This document shows positions 8,281 to 17,603 of a DNA stretch of 34,441 bases, one piece after another. The stretch covers positions 1-34,441 of the forward strand of contig CBDTXE010000003.1 of the NCBI GenBank assembly GCA_965364395.1, read 5' to 3'. Source of the stretch: an uncultured bacterium. GTDB lineage: Bacteria; Patescibacteriota; Saccharimonadia; UBA4664; SCTI01. Position 1 is the stretch's first letter. Each line of letters begins with the position of its first letter. Made by a program: the position numbers and the translations under genes. The notes under the pieces were generated by a model that saw only the letters and a program-made list of their open reading frames with translations, had not been told where the DNA came from and did no database searches.

Positions 8281-9837
8281 ATGCAACCCATTCCGCTTAC
8301 CCCGGACGCCCAGCGGCTTTCAGAATCACTTACCGACATCCCCCAACCAGAGACCCACGGCGAGACCGTCCACGTAGACGGCGTTGGCGGGCGCCTGATT
8401 TTTGCGTACGAGCAACTGCGCAACGCGGCCGAATATACTGAGCAGCATCTGCTCATGCGCCGGGCAGTTGAGCGGTTTTTGCAGCGCACAGTTGATTTTC
8501 GCCATGATAAGCCGATCGCCACCGAGCTGGTGATAGATTTGACACAGTCGCGATACCTGAAGAATGACACCGTAGCCGAGTCAACTATTGCCGGCATGGA
8601 CAATACGCTGGCGCGTTTTGCGCAGCTCTTCCGCGAGGCGTCCGCTTATGAGAAAGAGACGCATAAACTGCGCGAGTGGATTTTGCAGACGGCATCTGTC
8701 CATCTTGAGCAATACCTGGCGCCGCATAGCCACACCGGGGCGTTTGCCGATTTTGCCTACCGCCATTACCTGCAGTTGGTACAGGAACCTTCATTGACAG
8801 CCCATCTAGAGCCCCAGCGCTACCGCTTGGCTCTGTACGCGGCCACGCACCGGGCGATCATGAAGTCAGACATCGCCACCACCCGCGCATACGCTTTGTC
8901 CAGCCAGGTAATTGAAGGTCCGGACAACCATCCCGAGTATTTTGTCTATGTCTGCCGGATGCTTGACGAGGTCTACCAGGAGAAGTCCACCAACCGGCTG
9001 CTGAGGCTGATCAGCCAGTATGGCGCGCCCTTGCGTATTCTCCGCGAAATAGTCATAACCGATTCCTCGCTGCCCCAGCTGCTGCAAGACCGCAATCGGA
9101 CGCTGGAACGGGTACGCAGCGCCACCGAGCAGCAATACGCCTTGGTAGGCAAACGGCTCAAGCAGGGCATAATCCGCAGCGTACTGTTCATTGCCATCAC
9201 CAAAATATTACTCGGGGTTGGACTGGAAGTGCCATACGACATTGTCCGCCACGGCAAAATCATCTGGCCGCCGCTTATCCTCAATATCTTGTTCCCGCCG
9301 TTGTACATGGCTACCCTTGGTCTGGGTATCCGCAAGCCTCACCGGAAGAACATTACCCTGGTGGAGCAGGCCGTCGAAAAAATAATCTATCAGACGGGTG
9401 AGGCAATTCAGCCGTACCGCCTGCGCCGGCGGGTGCAGTCTTCCGCCATGACTAGTATGTTTGACGGCCTTTATGCCGTGACGGTGGTATTGTGGATAGC
9501 CTTGCTGGCCTGGCTGCTACATCAACTGCACTTCACCCTGGTTAGCGGCGTCATTTTCTTCATTTTCCTGTCCACTGTCAGTTTCTTTGGCTTCCGCTTG
9601 ACGCAGACCGCCCGCGAATATGAAATGCTGGAGGCGCGACGCGGCATCCTGGGTCTGGCGGGCGACTTCTTATACACACCGTTCATCCGATTTGGCCATT
9701 GGCTGTCGGATTCGTATTCGCGCCTGAATGTCGTCACGCGCATATTGGATATCTTCATTGAGATGCCCATGAAATCGCTGCTGCGCTTTATGCGCCAATG
9801 GGTTGGCTTCCTGCGCGACAAGCAGGAAGAACTTTAG
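8281..9837 (+). CDS. Uncharacterised membrane protein (large soluble N-domain plus about 4 TM helices)
   Basis: Long ORF with C-terminal TM segments. ATG 8281 is preferred over 8272 because TATAAT lies at 8268-8273. Confidence 0.85.
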   Translation: MQPIPLTPDAQRLSESLTDIPQPETHGETVHVDGVGGRLIFAYEQLRNAAEYTEQHLLMRRAVERFLQRTVDFRHDKPIATELVIDLTQSRYLKNDTVAESTIAGMDNTLARFAQLFREASAYEKETHKLREWILQTASVHLEQYLAPHSHTGAFADFAYRHYLQLVQEPSLTAHLEPQRYRLALYAATHRAIMKSDIATTRAYALSSQVIEGPDNHPEYFVYVCRMLDEVYQEKSTNRLLRLISQYGAPLRILREIVITDSSLPQLLQDRNRTLERVRSATEQQYALVGKRLKQGIIRSVLFIAITKILLGVGLEVPYDIVRHGKIIWPPLILNILFPPLYMATLGLGIRKPHRKNITLVEQAVEKIIYQTGEAIQPYRLRRRVQSSAMTSMFDGLYAVTVVLWIALLAWLLHQLHFTLVSGVIFFIFLSTVSFFGFRLTQTAREYEMLEARRGILGLAGDFLYTPFIRFGHWLSDSYSRLNVVTRILDIFIEMPMKSLLRFMRQWVGFLRDKQEEL

Positions 9838-10587
9838 TCAGACAATTTCGATGACCTTTGCCATGCCGTCCGTATAATAGCGGGCGCCAAAGGCGTTGCG
9901 GCGCTTGTCCGTGGGGAGAATTTCCGGATTGATACGGTGCGATTCGCCTAGCAGGTTGCCAACTTTAAGGAGTTCGGCCACGATGTAATCGCGCTCGGCG
10001 TCAAGGTCGGGGTCAATATGGTGATGGACAAAAGGCGGCATGGCATTGACGCGCATGCTGACGTCAAAACTGGCGGCGGCAATCCACATGCGCTTTCCGC
10101 CCGGCAGGGTGTGCTTTGTCCGCCAGATGCGGACATGATGGCGTTGCCGGAAACTATTAAGCTGGGTCAGCTTCTGAAAAGACATGTCCTGCGTACCGAT
10201 ACCGGTAAAAAAGGGCGTAAAAGGACCAGACTTATATGACCGGTTAAAAGTGGCGCTCAGGAAGCCGGCTGCCAGATGGAGCGGGGTTGTGGGGTGGGCT
10301 CCGTACCAACTGGCCTTTTCAAAAGAGTGCCTGATACCGCTTTCCGTGCCGATCAGAATAATATTGATGGGGTCGACGGCTTGCCCAAACATCGTTGTGC
10401 AGTATTTGGGCAACGTGTCGATGACTTCCCGGCTGATAGTTTGGTGGCTGGTCCGCCGGAAATCCCGGGGCTTATACAGCTTTTCAAGCGTCGTCATATG
10501 GAGCAGCGTGGATACTAGGCGCAATGAAGTCAGGGCGGCAAACCCAATTGTGATTCTCACCAGCCAGTTTTTGTACAGGCGCTTCAT
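9838..10587 (-). CDS. LssY C-terminal domain-like protein with N-terminal anchor
   Basis: DPINIILIG, QRHHVRIW, WIAAASFD, HHIDPDLDAERD, YYTDG. Confidence 0.85.
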   Translation of the reverse strand: MKRLYKNWLVRITIGFAALTSLRLVSTLLHMTTLEKLYKPRDFRRTSHQTISREVIDTLPKYCTTMFGQAVDPINIILIGTESGIRHSFEKASWYGAHPTTPLHLAAGFLSATFNRSYKSGPFTPFFTGIGTQDMSFQKLTQLNSFRQRHHVRIWRTKHTLPGGKRMWIAAASFDVSMRVNAMPPFVHHHIDPDLDAERDYIVAELLKVGNLLGESHRINPEILPTDKRRNAFGARYYTDGMAKVIEIV

Positions 10588-10665
10588 GCAATGTCTGCCC
10601 GGTATTATGACGGAAATGCCTGGCTTCTGCTAGCGGAGCGAAATTATCACTGTTATGCTTAGAGT

Positions 10666-12297
10666 ATGAAAACATCGCAAATCAAGGAACTGAGAAAGCA
10701 ATTATCTGGAATGGTCACCGATAACAAGGCGGCCAGGGAATACTTTTCAACGGACGGCAGCGTCTTCACGATTATGCCCAGCGCCGTCATCTATCCCAAA
10801 AATACCCGGGATGTCCAGGAGTCCGTTGCTTATGCCTATGAGGAGTCAGAGAAGCCCGGACGGCGGTTCAGCCTGGTGGCGCGCGGCAAGGGTACCGACC
10901 AAGCGGGCGCGGCCCTTGGCGATGGTGCCATGGTAGTGTTCCCGGCGCATATGAACCGGGTGACGCGCATGACCAAGGATACCGTTACGGTGCAACCCGG
11001 GATGCTGTTTGGCACCTTGCAGAAAATCCTCCATACGCATGGCCGGTTCTTGCCGCCATATCCGTCTTCCATTGAGTTCGCCACCATGGGCGGCGCCGTA
11101 GCCAACAATACTTGCGGTGAGAAGACCTATAAATATGGCTCAACGGCTGACTGGGTGCATAGCCTCAAGGTAGTACTGGACGACGGATCGCTCATCGAGA
11201 CCCGGCGGATTGGCGCCCGTGAACTGCACAAAAAGAAAGGCTTGATGACCCGTGAAGGCGACTTGTACCGGCAGATCGACGGGCTGATCCAGGACAACTC
11301 AGCGCTGATCCGAGAAACCCGCCCGCAAACCAGCAAGAACTCGGCCGGGTACCGGCTAGGGGCGATTAAGGGCCGCGACGGGTCGTTTGACCTCAGCCAA
11401 CTGTTCATCGGCTCTCAGGGTACCCTGGGCATGGTGACCGAGGCGACGTTTAAGACCGCGCCATACGAGCCCCGCACCACCCTGGTGGTGGGCTACTTTG
11501 ACAGCCTGGAGAAGGCCGGTGAGGCTGTGCTGAAACTGCAGAAGCTCGGGCCCAGCGCCATGGAGGTAGTGGACTACTACTTGCTCGATTTTCTCCGGAA
11601 AAACCAGCCGGAAACCATTGAGGGCTTGGTGCCGGATGAGCTTCCCAAGGTTGTGATTCTGATTGAATTTGATAACTCCTCGCATTTGCGCCAAAACATA
11701 CTTGGCCGCCGCGCCCAGGGCGTCTTAAAACGCTTAGCAACCAGCCAGCGGACATCAACAGACCATCACGAGCAGGAAGCCTTATGGAAGATCCGCCACT
11801 CGGCAGCCGCCGTAATTTGGATGAACAACGGGCCCAAGAAAGCGCTGCCAATTATTGAAGACGGCTGCGTGCCGGTAGCCAAGCTGCCGGAATTTCTGGA
11901 GGGCGTCTATAAGATCCTGCAAAAGCACAAGCTGGAAATAGCCGTTTGGGGGCACGCCGGAGACGCCAACTTCCATATGCAGCCGTTTTTGGATCTGAGC
12001 AAATCCACCGACCGCAAGAAGGTATTCCAGGTGATGGACGAGTTCTATAGCTTTGTCATGAAAATGGGCGGCATCACGGCGGGGCAGCACAACGATGGGC
12101 TGCTGCGCGCGCCCTACCTTGAGCGGCTGTATGGTAAAGAAATGTACTCATTATTCAAAGAGGTAAAGCAAACTTGTGACCCCCGCGGGATATTCAACCC
12201 CCGCATTAAGCTGGACGTCCATAAATCCGACTTAGAACCGCTCCTACGGCACGAGTACTCGATGAAGCACCTCTACGACCATATGCCCCGCACTTAG
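10666..12297 (+). CDS. FAD-binding oxidoreductase, GlcD/D-lactate dehydrogenase family
   Basis: ARGKGT, ATMGGAVANN, GSQGTLGMVTE, GHAGDANFH, QHNDGLLR, DPRGIFNP. Confidence 0.92.
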   Translation: MKTSQIKELRKQLSGMVTDNKAAREYFSTDGSVFTIMPSAVIYPKNTRDVQESVAYAYEESEKPGRRFSLVARGKGTDQAGAALGDGAMVVFPAHMNRVTRMTKDTVTVQPGMLFGTLQKILHTHGRFLPPYPSSIEFATMGGAVANNTCGEKTYKYGSTADWVHSLKVVLDDGSLIETRRIGARELHKKKGLMTREGDLYRQIDGLIQDNSALIRETRPQTSKNSAGYRLGAIKGRDGSFDLSQLFIGSQGTLGMVTEATFKTAPYEPRTTLVVGYFDSLEKAGEAVLKLQKLGPSAMEVVDYYLLDFLRKNQPETIEGLVPDELPKVVILIEFDNSSHLRQNILGRRAQGVLKRLATSQRTSTDHHEQEALWKIRHSAAAVIWMNNGPKKALPIIEDGCVPVAKLPEFLEGVYKILQKHKLEIAVWGHAGDANFHMQPFLDLSKSTDRKKVFQVMDEFYSFVMKMGGITAGQHNDGLLRAPYLERLYGKEMYSLFKEVKQTCDPRGIFNPRIKLDVHKSDLEPLLRHEYSMKHLYDHMPRT

Positions 12298-12396
12298 CTG
12301 GCGCGCATATCACACAAGTCATTGCAAAACCTGTCAAGTAATGGCATTATGGCGGTGATCACCCGATCGCACACCTGAAACCAAAGGGGACGTCCT

Positions 12397-12945
12397 ATGC
12401 TGCAAACGCTAGAGTCGTCCCTGACGTGGGCGGCCGAGCAAACCCCGGCGCCGCTGGTGCCGCTAGTCTTCCTGTTCGCGCTGTTCTGGGGCAGGCATTG
12501 GGCCGCCCTGGTGGCGGTGGTAGCCGGCATCTCAACGCTGGTCACGCTGGCCCTGGCTGCGCTGTACGGCGCGATGTTTGCGCTGGCCATCCTGTGGCGC
12601 GTCGGCCGCAGTCCGCGGATCCATGCGCGGTTGGCGGCGGCAGCCGAGTCACGGTTGATTAGCCGCCTGCGCATTGGCAGCCTGCCCGGCAGGATGTGCG
12701 CCATGTGCGCCGTCATACCGGTTCCCGGGGTCGGCGCACTGGCCGGCGTCTGGTTCATCTGGGACGCCCCAGCGCGGCAGCGTGCGCCAATGGTCGCCGC
12801 CTACAGCGCCGCATCCCTGGCTTCTTACGCCGGGTTCAGCCTGGCAATCCAGGCGGTGCTGGCGGATGCCATCTGGCTACTGCCGCTGGCAGTAATGATG
12901 GTGGCGGCTACCGTGGTGGTGCGTCGGCAAAGCCAGCAGGCCTAG
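12397..12945 (+). CDS. Hydrophobic GC-rich hypothetical membrane protein, weakly like the small multidrug-export family
   Basis: Several TM segments. VIPVPGVGALAG resembles the IPLPGTGAWTG motif. SD-like AAGGGG upstream and a terminator downstream. Confidence 0.6.
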   Translation: MLQTLESSLTWAAEQTPAPLVPLVFLFALFWGRHWAALVAVVAGISTLVTLALAALYGAMFALAILWRVGRSPRIHARLAAAAESRLISRLRIGSLPGRMCAMCAVIPVPGVGALAGVWFIWDAPARQRAPMVAAYSAASLASYAGFSLAIQAVLADAIWLLPLAVMMVAATVVVRRQSQQA

Positions 12946-12948
12946 AAA

Positions 12949-12977
12949 AAAGGCCCGGGAAGTACTTCCGGGCCTTT
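12949..12977. terminator. Intrinsic terminator-like hairpin
   Basis: AAAGGCCCGGGA...TTCCGGGCCTTT directly after the stop codon. Confidence 0.75.
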
Positions 12978-13025
12978 GCCACGCCAGCGCCAAAGCAATT
13001 TGCTAGAATAGGTAGGTCACATCGC

Positions 13026-13112
13026 GCGGACGTGGTGGAATGGTAGACACGCCAGCTTGAGGGGCTGGTGGCCGCTTAGGCCGTGGAGGTTCAAGTCCTC
13101 TCGTCCGCACCA
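13026..13112 (+). tRNA. tRNA-Leu(GAG)
   Basis: Acceptor GCGGACG/CGTCCGC, anticodon arm CCAGC-TTGAGGG-GCTGG, long variable arm, ends in ACCA. Confidence 0.96.
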
Positions 13113-13175
13113 GGAATAATTGCTTGTAAATACATTGAAGCGGCGGAGACATGCGTCCCCGCCGCCAAGTTCTCA

Positions 13176-13409
13176 TCAGCCCGACTGCAGTCGCCGGAAA
13201 GCGTGTTCGGCGGCTTCGCGTTTGGTGTCCTCGCGGATGGGCCGCAAGCCCGTGCGCTGGATGTCGTCCAGCGCCATCATGTACCCGGTGATGAATGGCT
13301 GCTTGGCGACGCCAGCATAAGCGTCCTCCAGGCGGCCGCCCAGCCAGCGGCGGATTGGACGCCTTTTGTGCGGCATAAGGTGTGGCTCCTTGCGGCGTAG
13401 TTGCTTCAC
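13176..13409 (-). CDS. Small basic hypothetical protein (77 aa)
   Basis: Fills the gap between the tRNA and the lipid kinase. Possible TGnTACTAA box 7 nt before GTG. GC hairpin at about 13140-13166 after the stop. Confidence 0.45.
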   Translation of the reverse strand: MKQLRRKEPHLMPHKRRPIRRWLGGRLEDAYAGVAKQPFITGYMMALDDIQRTGLRPIREDTKREAAEHAFRRLQSG

Positions 13410-13503
13410 AGTGCCCTTAGTATCAACCCACCTGCCTCATGGATCAAGTGCGCGCCATGGACGTTGAAAAAGCCGCCGATTCTTGGTATGGTTGGTGATT
13501 GCC

Positions 13504-14391
13504 ATGACTATCCAAAACATTGCCATCATCTATAACCCCAAGAGCAGCGGCCAGTCACCACGGATGGCGCAGGAGCTGTATGCCGGCATCCGCAGGCATT
13601 TGCCAGACGTGGGCGTGGAAGTAATGCCTACCAAGTACGCCGGGCACGCCGCCGACCTTGCCGAAATTGTCGGACAAACGCGTCCCGACGCAGTTATATT
13701 GTCGGTTGGCGGCGATGGCACGTACCACGAGGTCGTTAACGGCGCCATGCGGCTGGTTCCTAAGTACCGGCCGACATGCGTAGTTGTACCGGGCGGGAAC
13801 GCCAACGACCACCATCGCGCACTGGAGATTGAGCGCGACATCATCGAGCGCATAAAGCATCCGCATCCCAAGTACTTTGAAGTCCTTCGCATGGGTGTAA
13901 TGAACCCGATAGGCCAGGACATCGTGCGCTACGCCCACTCTTACGTAGGGTTTGGGATGAGCGGCCGGGTGGCCGAAGCGCTGAACCGCGAATCCAAAGG
14001 TGCGTTGTCGGAAAAGTTCATCGTGCTCCGCGAGATAATGCAGCCGCGCCACTTTGAAATCCTCGAGAACCGACGGATAAAACACTTGCATAATCTTCTC
14101 TGCACCAATGTTTCGGTAATGGCAAAGTACCTTACGGTTGGCCCGAATGAAAAAGTTGATGATGGCAAATTTACGGTCACGGAAACGCCGGCATTGTCAC
14201 GCATGCAGCTCTTAAAGCAGGTAGCCTTGTCTACGGCCGGCACGGTTCCTCCCGGAGCGGCGACAACAAAGCACTTCTTCATGCTGATGACGCCCGTTCA
14301 GTGCCAGCTGGACGGTGAAACCATTTGGCTGCCCGGTGGCTGTTCGGTAACTATCGCGCTTGAGCCAAAGGCCATTGCGACGCTTGGGTAG
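13504..14391 (+). CDS. Diacylglycerol/lipid kinase family protein (YegS/DAGK-like)
   Basis: IIYNPKSS, VGGDGTYHEVVNG, PGGNAND, QLDGE. Start at 13504 or 13483. Confidence 0.9.
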   Translation: MTIQNIAIIYNPKSSGQSPRMAQELYAGIRRHLPDVGVEVMPTKYAGHAADLAEIVGQTRPDAVILSVGGDGTYHEVVNGAMRLVPKYRPTCVVVPGGNANDHHRALEIERDIIERIKHPHPKYFEVLRMGVMNPIGQDIVRYAHSYVGFGMSGRVAEALNRESKGALSEKFIVLREIMQPRHFEILENRRIKHLHNLLCTNVSVMAKYLTVGPNEKVDDGKFTVTETPALSRMQLLKQVALSTAGTVPPGAATTKHFFMLMTPVQCQLDGETIWLPGGCSVTIALEPKAIATLG

Positions 14392-14395
14392 CCAG

Positions 14396-15715
14396 CTACT
14401 GACCTTCGTACCGGTGCGCGGGCGTTCGGCTAACCACATTGTCACGAAGCCAGTCAAATGCTGGTTTGCGAGTGTCTAGGTATCCGTTGACGGTTAGCCC
14501 CTGGTCCCAGCCGGTGTAGTCGCGGTAGTGGTGCCACGACCATCCGGTAACGGGAAGTGCTTTCAAGATTGGATCATTCTCCATGGCCGCAATCTTATTC
14601 TGGTAGGCAGCCAGCTGCCCCGACGTTCCCGCGCCGTCTTCACTGAACCATATTTCTTTAGCGTGGGCGCCGGTTGTACCGTCAAGGGCATCTATCCTCG
14701 CCACAATTTCCTTGACCCGGTTGAAGCACCAGCGGTCGGTTTGCGAGCAATTGGTACCACCATAAGGATGGATTGATAGCGCGTCGTAGTAGCCGCCGGA
14801 CGTGTAAAAATCAGCGGTACCCGGTACCCCTCCACCGCCCTGGGCCATGTCACGAATCCAATTGCCAGTCCCTTGGCCGCCTATGGCCGCGTCAAAGTAA
14901 GTGAGGTCAAACGACACCCCGATCTTCACCTTTTTGCCCCAGTCCGCTGCTTTGGTTTGGGTGTAGGCACTTTTGACAAGTGCGGCATATTTGGGCGCGG
15001 CGGCCAGTCCCATGTTGGCGCCGCCCATGTTTGAGCCGTAGGGTTCGTTGATCCATTCTATCCAGTCCACTTCTAGATTCCGCCCTGCGTAGGCCGCTCC
15101 CGGCTGTCCCGCCTGCCAGAATGTGCCGCCCCGGCCATAGCGTTCAACCATGCTTTTTGTGGAGGCTACTAATGATGCCGGCGAGTCATTGACCGTGCCG
15201 CCTAGTATTGGGAATACTTTGGCGCCCCGTTGCGATGCCTGGAGGAAGCTGGCGTCGGTGAGGTTGCGGTCTTCACGCATGTGCTTCATATTCATGCCCT
15301 TGGCGCCCTCGTAGGTGTTAGAGGTCAGGCCGCGATTGTAGTAATCGGTGGAATTGTATCCAAAGAAGTTGCCTGTCCAGCTCCATCGTATTTTGTCGCG
15401 CGAGAATCCGGTAGGCGGGACAGTATTGCGTCCAAAGTTGGATAGCAGGATACTCAGGTCAGTAATATCGACAGAGCCATTGCCGTTGATATCGGCGCTT
15501 CCGGGCTTGCTGAATTGTGACAGGAGGATGCTTAAATCAGTGATATCTACGCGGTTATCAGCGTTTACATCGCCGGGGAGTGTGGCAGCTTGGCTTTGGC
15601 CGACTGAGGGGAATAGTAAAAGTGAAACGCAGGCGGCGACGATGAGAATAGCAACCAACGCCGCCAGTTTGTAGCGTCGGTTTATGAAAGCATTACGTTT
15701 ATCGCTGCGGGACAT
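14396..15715 (-). CDS. Secreted/anchored protein with a dockerin domain and a clan GH-A glycoside hydrolase domain
   Basis: Signal/TM segment, duplicated GDVNADNRVDITDLSILL / ADINGNGSVDITDLSILL, acid-base motif WINEP, DALSIHPY, nucleophile motif IWFSEDG. Confidence 0.85.
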   Translation of the reverse strand: MSRSDKRNAFINRRYKLAALVAILIVAACVSLLLFPSVGQSQAATLPGDVNADNRVDITDLSILLSQFSKPGSADINGNGSVDITDLSILLSNFGRNTVPPTGFSRDKIRWSWTGNFFGYNSTDYYNRGLTSNTYEGAKGMNMKHMREDRNLTDASFLQASQRGAKVFPILGGTVNDSPASLVASTKSMVERYGRGGTFWQAGQPGAAYAGRNLEVDWIEWINEPYGSNMGGANMGLAAAPKYAALVKSAYTQTKAADWGKKVKIGVSFDLTYFDAAIGGQGTGNWIRDMAQGGGGVPGTADFYTSGGYYDALSIHPYGGTNCSQTDRWCFNRVKEIVARIDALDGTTGAHAKEIWFSEDGAGTSGQLAAYQNKIAAMENDPILKALPVTGWSWHHYRDYTGWDQGLTVNGYLDTRKPAFDWLRDNVVSRTPAHRYEGQ

Positions 15716-15808
15716 CTTAAAGCCATACTAGCATAAACTTGATGGCCCATGTGGGGCATGTTTAGTAGGCAGAACGCCCGCCAGCCCCAAAGGGCCAGCG
15801 GGCGGAAA

Positions 15809-16189
15809 TCAGCTGGCGAGCTCGCGGTCAAGCGCCGCGCCGGTTGCCTCGGCGAAAACCAGGAGCGGGTCGATGCGGAGACGCGCAAGGGGAGTTTCCC
15901 CGCCGTCCACGGGAGCGGCAGTAGCCCACGCAACGGCCTCGGCTTCTGAGAGCCCGCGCAAGGGCGCGGTTTCGCCGGACTGAAGCAGCATGCCAACCAT
16001 GGTGCAGGTGTCTTGCAGCAGCTGCTGGCGCCCGTGATCCAGGGAAGCGGCATTTTCCGTGCTCAGGCCAGAAGGAGGGCAGTCGTAAGCCTCCGCTAGG
16101 GTTTCCGCCGTGAAGCCGACATCCAGCAGGGCCTGGAGCCGTCGCTGGGGCGTTGCCGACGGATAGCAAACGGTGTGGTCAAATCCCAT
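15809..16189 (-). CDS. Hypothetical protein, possibly Xre/MbcA/ParS-like antitoxin
   Basis: N-terminal HTH-like segment (GFTAETLAEAYDCPPS) and C-terminal AVAWATAAPVDGGETPLARL. GGAAGG SD upstream. Confidence 0.55.
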   Translation of the reverse strand: MGFDHTVCYPSATPQRRLQALLDVGFTAETLAEAYDCPPSGLSTENAASLDHGRQQLLQDTCTMVGMLLQSGETAPLRGLSEAEAVAWATAAPVDGGETPLARLRIDPLLVFAEATGAALDRELAS

Positions 16190-16279
16190 CTAGTGCCTTC
16201 CGTATTTGCCAGGGTTTGCCCTGGCATGGTTTGCAGTGGCGGAAGAATTATATAATGAATTAGCGGCCGGTGGCTATTT

Positions 16280-16696
16280 TTATTGCAAAGCCCGGTGCAT
16301 ATGCCCGTCTTGGGATTTTACATACTCATATGATTGCCGAACGATTTGTTTTAGAACTGGAAGGTTGATACCACTAAGCCGCTTGATGTATACGCAGACC
16401 CGGCTGGTGGTGTGCATACCCAGGCTTGCCAGCAGTTCTGAGTGGCGTACTGTGCCGTCCATGAGATAGACGGTCAATTTGCCATTTCTTGGGTAAAAGC
16501 TAATAGCCGGGCTGTCCCCTTCGCGCCCGCTGTCGTACTTGTAGTGGTAGGTGTCAAAACCGATTGTGCCCACGTTATGCAGGTTGGGTTCGCAGCCTGT
16601 GATGCGCTGCATCATATCTATCAGTACACGGCTATCCGCGGCGGATTGTTCGTCCAGTGTGGCAATGTAGTCGTTGACTGATCTATTGCTTCCCAT
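16280..16696 (-). CDS. DUF1801 (YdhG-like) domain protein
   Basis: IGFDTYHYKYDSGREGD, FYPRNGKLTVY, LGMHTTSRVCVYIKRL. Start moved to ATG 16696, 6 nt after TGCTACAAT. Confidence 0.88.
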   Translation of the reverse strand: MGSNRSVNDYIATLDEQSAADSRVLIDMMQRITGCEPNLHNVGTIGFDTYHYKYDSGREGDSPAISFYPRNGKLTVYLMDGTVRHSELLASLGMHTTSRVCVYIKRLSGINLPVLKQIVRQSYEYVKSQDGHMHRALQ

Positions 16697-16758
16697 TGGC
16701 ATATTGTAGCAACAACAAACGAGGATTTGTGGAGAGTCTAGTTTGTTAGAATGGCTGC

Positions 16759-17139
16759 ATGGCAAACTACTCGGCAAAAAATGTTGACCAATACATAGAG
16801 GCGGCACCGGCGCAGTCCAGGCCTCACCTTATCAAGATAAGGCAGGCAGTGGAGTCGGCTATACCATCGATTGAACAAGAAATTGGGTATGGCAAACCGT
16901 ATTACAAGTATCGCGGCTGGGTGGCGGGGTTTGACGTTTACAAGAACCACGTCGGTTTTGAAGTTTGGGGCGGATTATCTAGTGATGATCGCAAGTCGCT
17001 AGAAGAAAAAGGCTACAAGACAGGCAGCGTCACTTTTCAAATTGGGTACACCCAAGAAGTGCCAGCGGCAATCATTCGCGGCCTAGTCAAAGCGCAAGTG
17101 AAGCGGAACGAAGAAAAGTTTGCGAAAAAGAAAAGCTAG
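16759..17139 (+). CDS. DUF1801 (YdhG-like) domain protein
   Basis: NVDQYI, IGYGKPYY, KNHVGF, YKTGSVTFQI. Confidence 0.88.
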   Translation: MANYSAKNVDQYIEAAPAQSRPHLIKIRQAVESAIPSIEQEIGYGKPYYKYRGWVAGFDVYKNHVGFEVWGGLSSDDRKSLEEKGYKTGSVTFQIGYTQEVPAAIIRGLVKAQVKRNEEKFAKKKS

Positions 17140-17150
17140 TCCCGGAGGCT

Positions 17151-17531
17151 TTATCCTTCAACTGCTACTTCAAAGCCCCCATACGCCATCTTCTTCATAT
17201 CAAATGGCATTGAAAAATCAGCATGCTCTCCGGCCTGATGCTCCATTTCAGCCATGACTTTTTTGTTTACTTCATCGCGGTGCTCTTTGGAGTTGAACAC
17301 GATAAAAGAAAACCACACGTTATCGTCGCTACTTGCATCGGCCATTTCAACAAAGTCACGTGATTTTTCGTCACCCATTTCCTGCTGCTTGAGGTCATCG
17401 CCTCTGCACTCAAAATACTGCAGAGCTCCGTGCTTCATCCAGGATTCGCGTCCGCCTTCTGCCATTTTCTGGTATTCGACTTCTTTTCCTTTGGGCACTA
17501 CCAGCACAAATCCGTCTACATACTTAGCCAT
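17151..17531 (-). CDS. DUF1428 (YbaA-like) protein
   Basis: MAKYVDGFVLVVP, WFSFIVFNSKEHRDEVNKKVM, MPFDMKKMAYGGF. SD AGGAG before ATG 17531. Confidence 0.9.
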   Translation of the reverse strand: MAKYVDGFVLVVPKGKEVEYQKMAEGGRESWMKHGALQYFECRGDDLKQQEMGDEKSRDFVEMADASSDDNVWFSFIVFNSKEHRDEVNKKVMAEMEHQAGEHADFSMPFDMKKMAYGGFEVAVEG

Positions 17532-17603
17532 TCTCGTTACTCCTTTATCTGGTATTGATATAACCCCAATAAGGGGCATGCGCCTACATTGAGACTCACA
17601 GTA

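Noticed and set aside
6811-13120. Same AGGAATAAT trailer at the 3' ends of tRNA-Leu(CAG) and tRNA-Leu(GAG)
   Set aside because: Only 9 nt. It is better explained by tRNA paralogy or a processing context than by an attachment site.
16190-16260. GGGCAAACCC hairpin as a c-di-GMP-I riboswitch
   Set aside because: The second stem and tetraloop-receptor elements are missing; it is only a simple hairpin.
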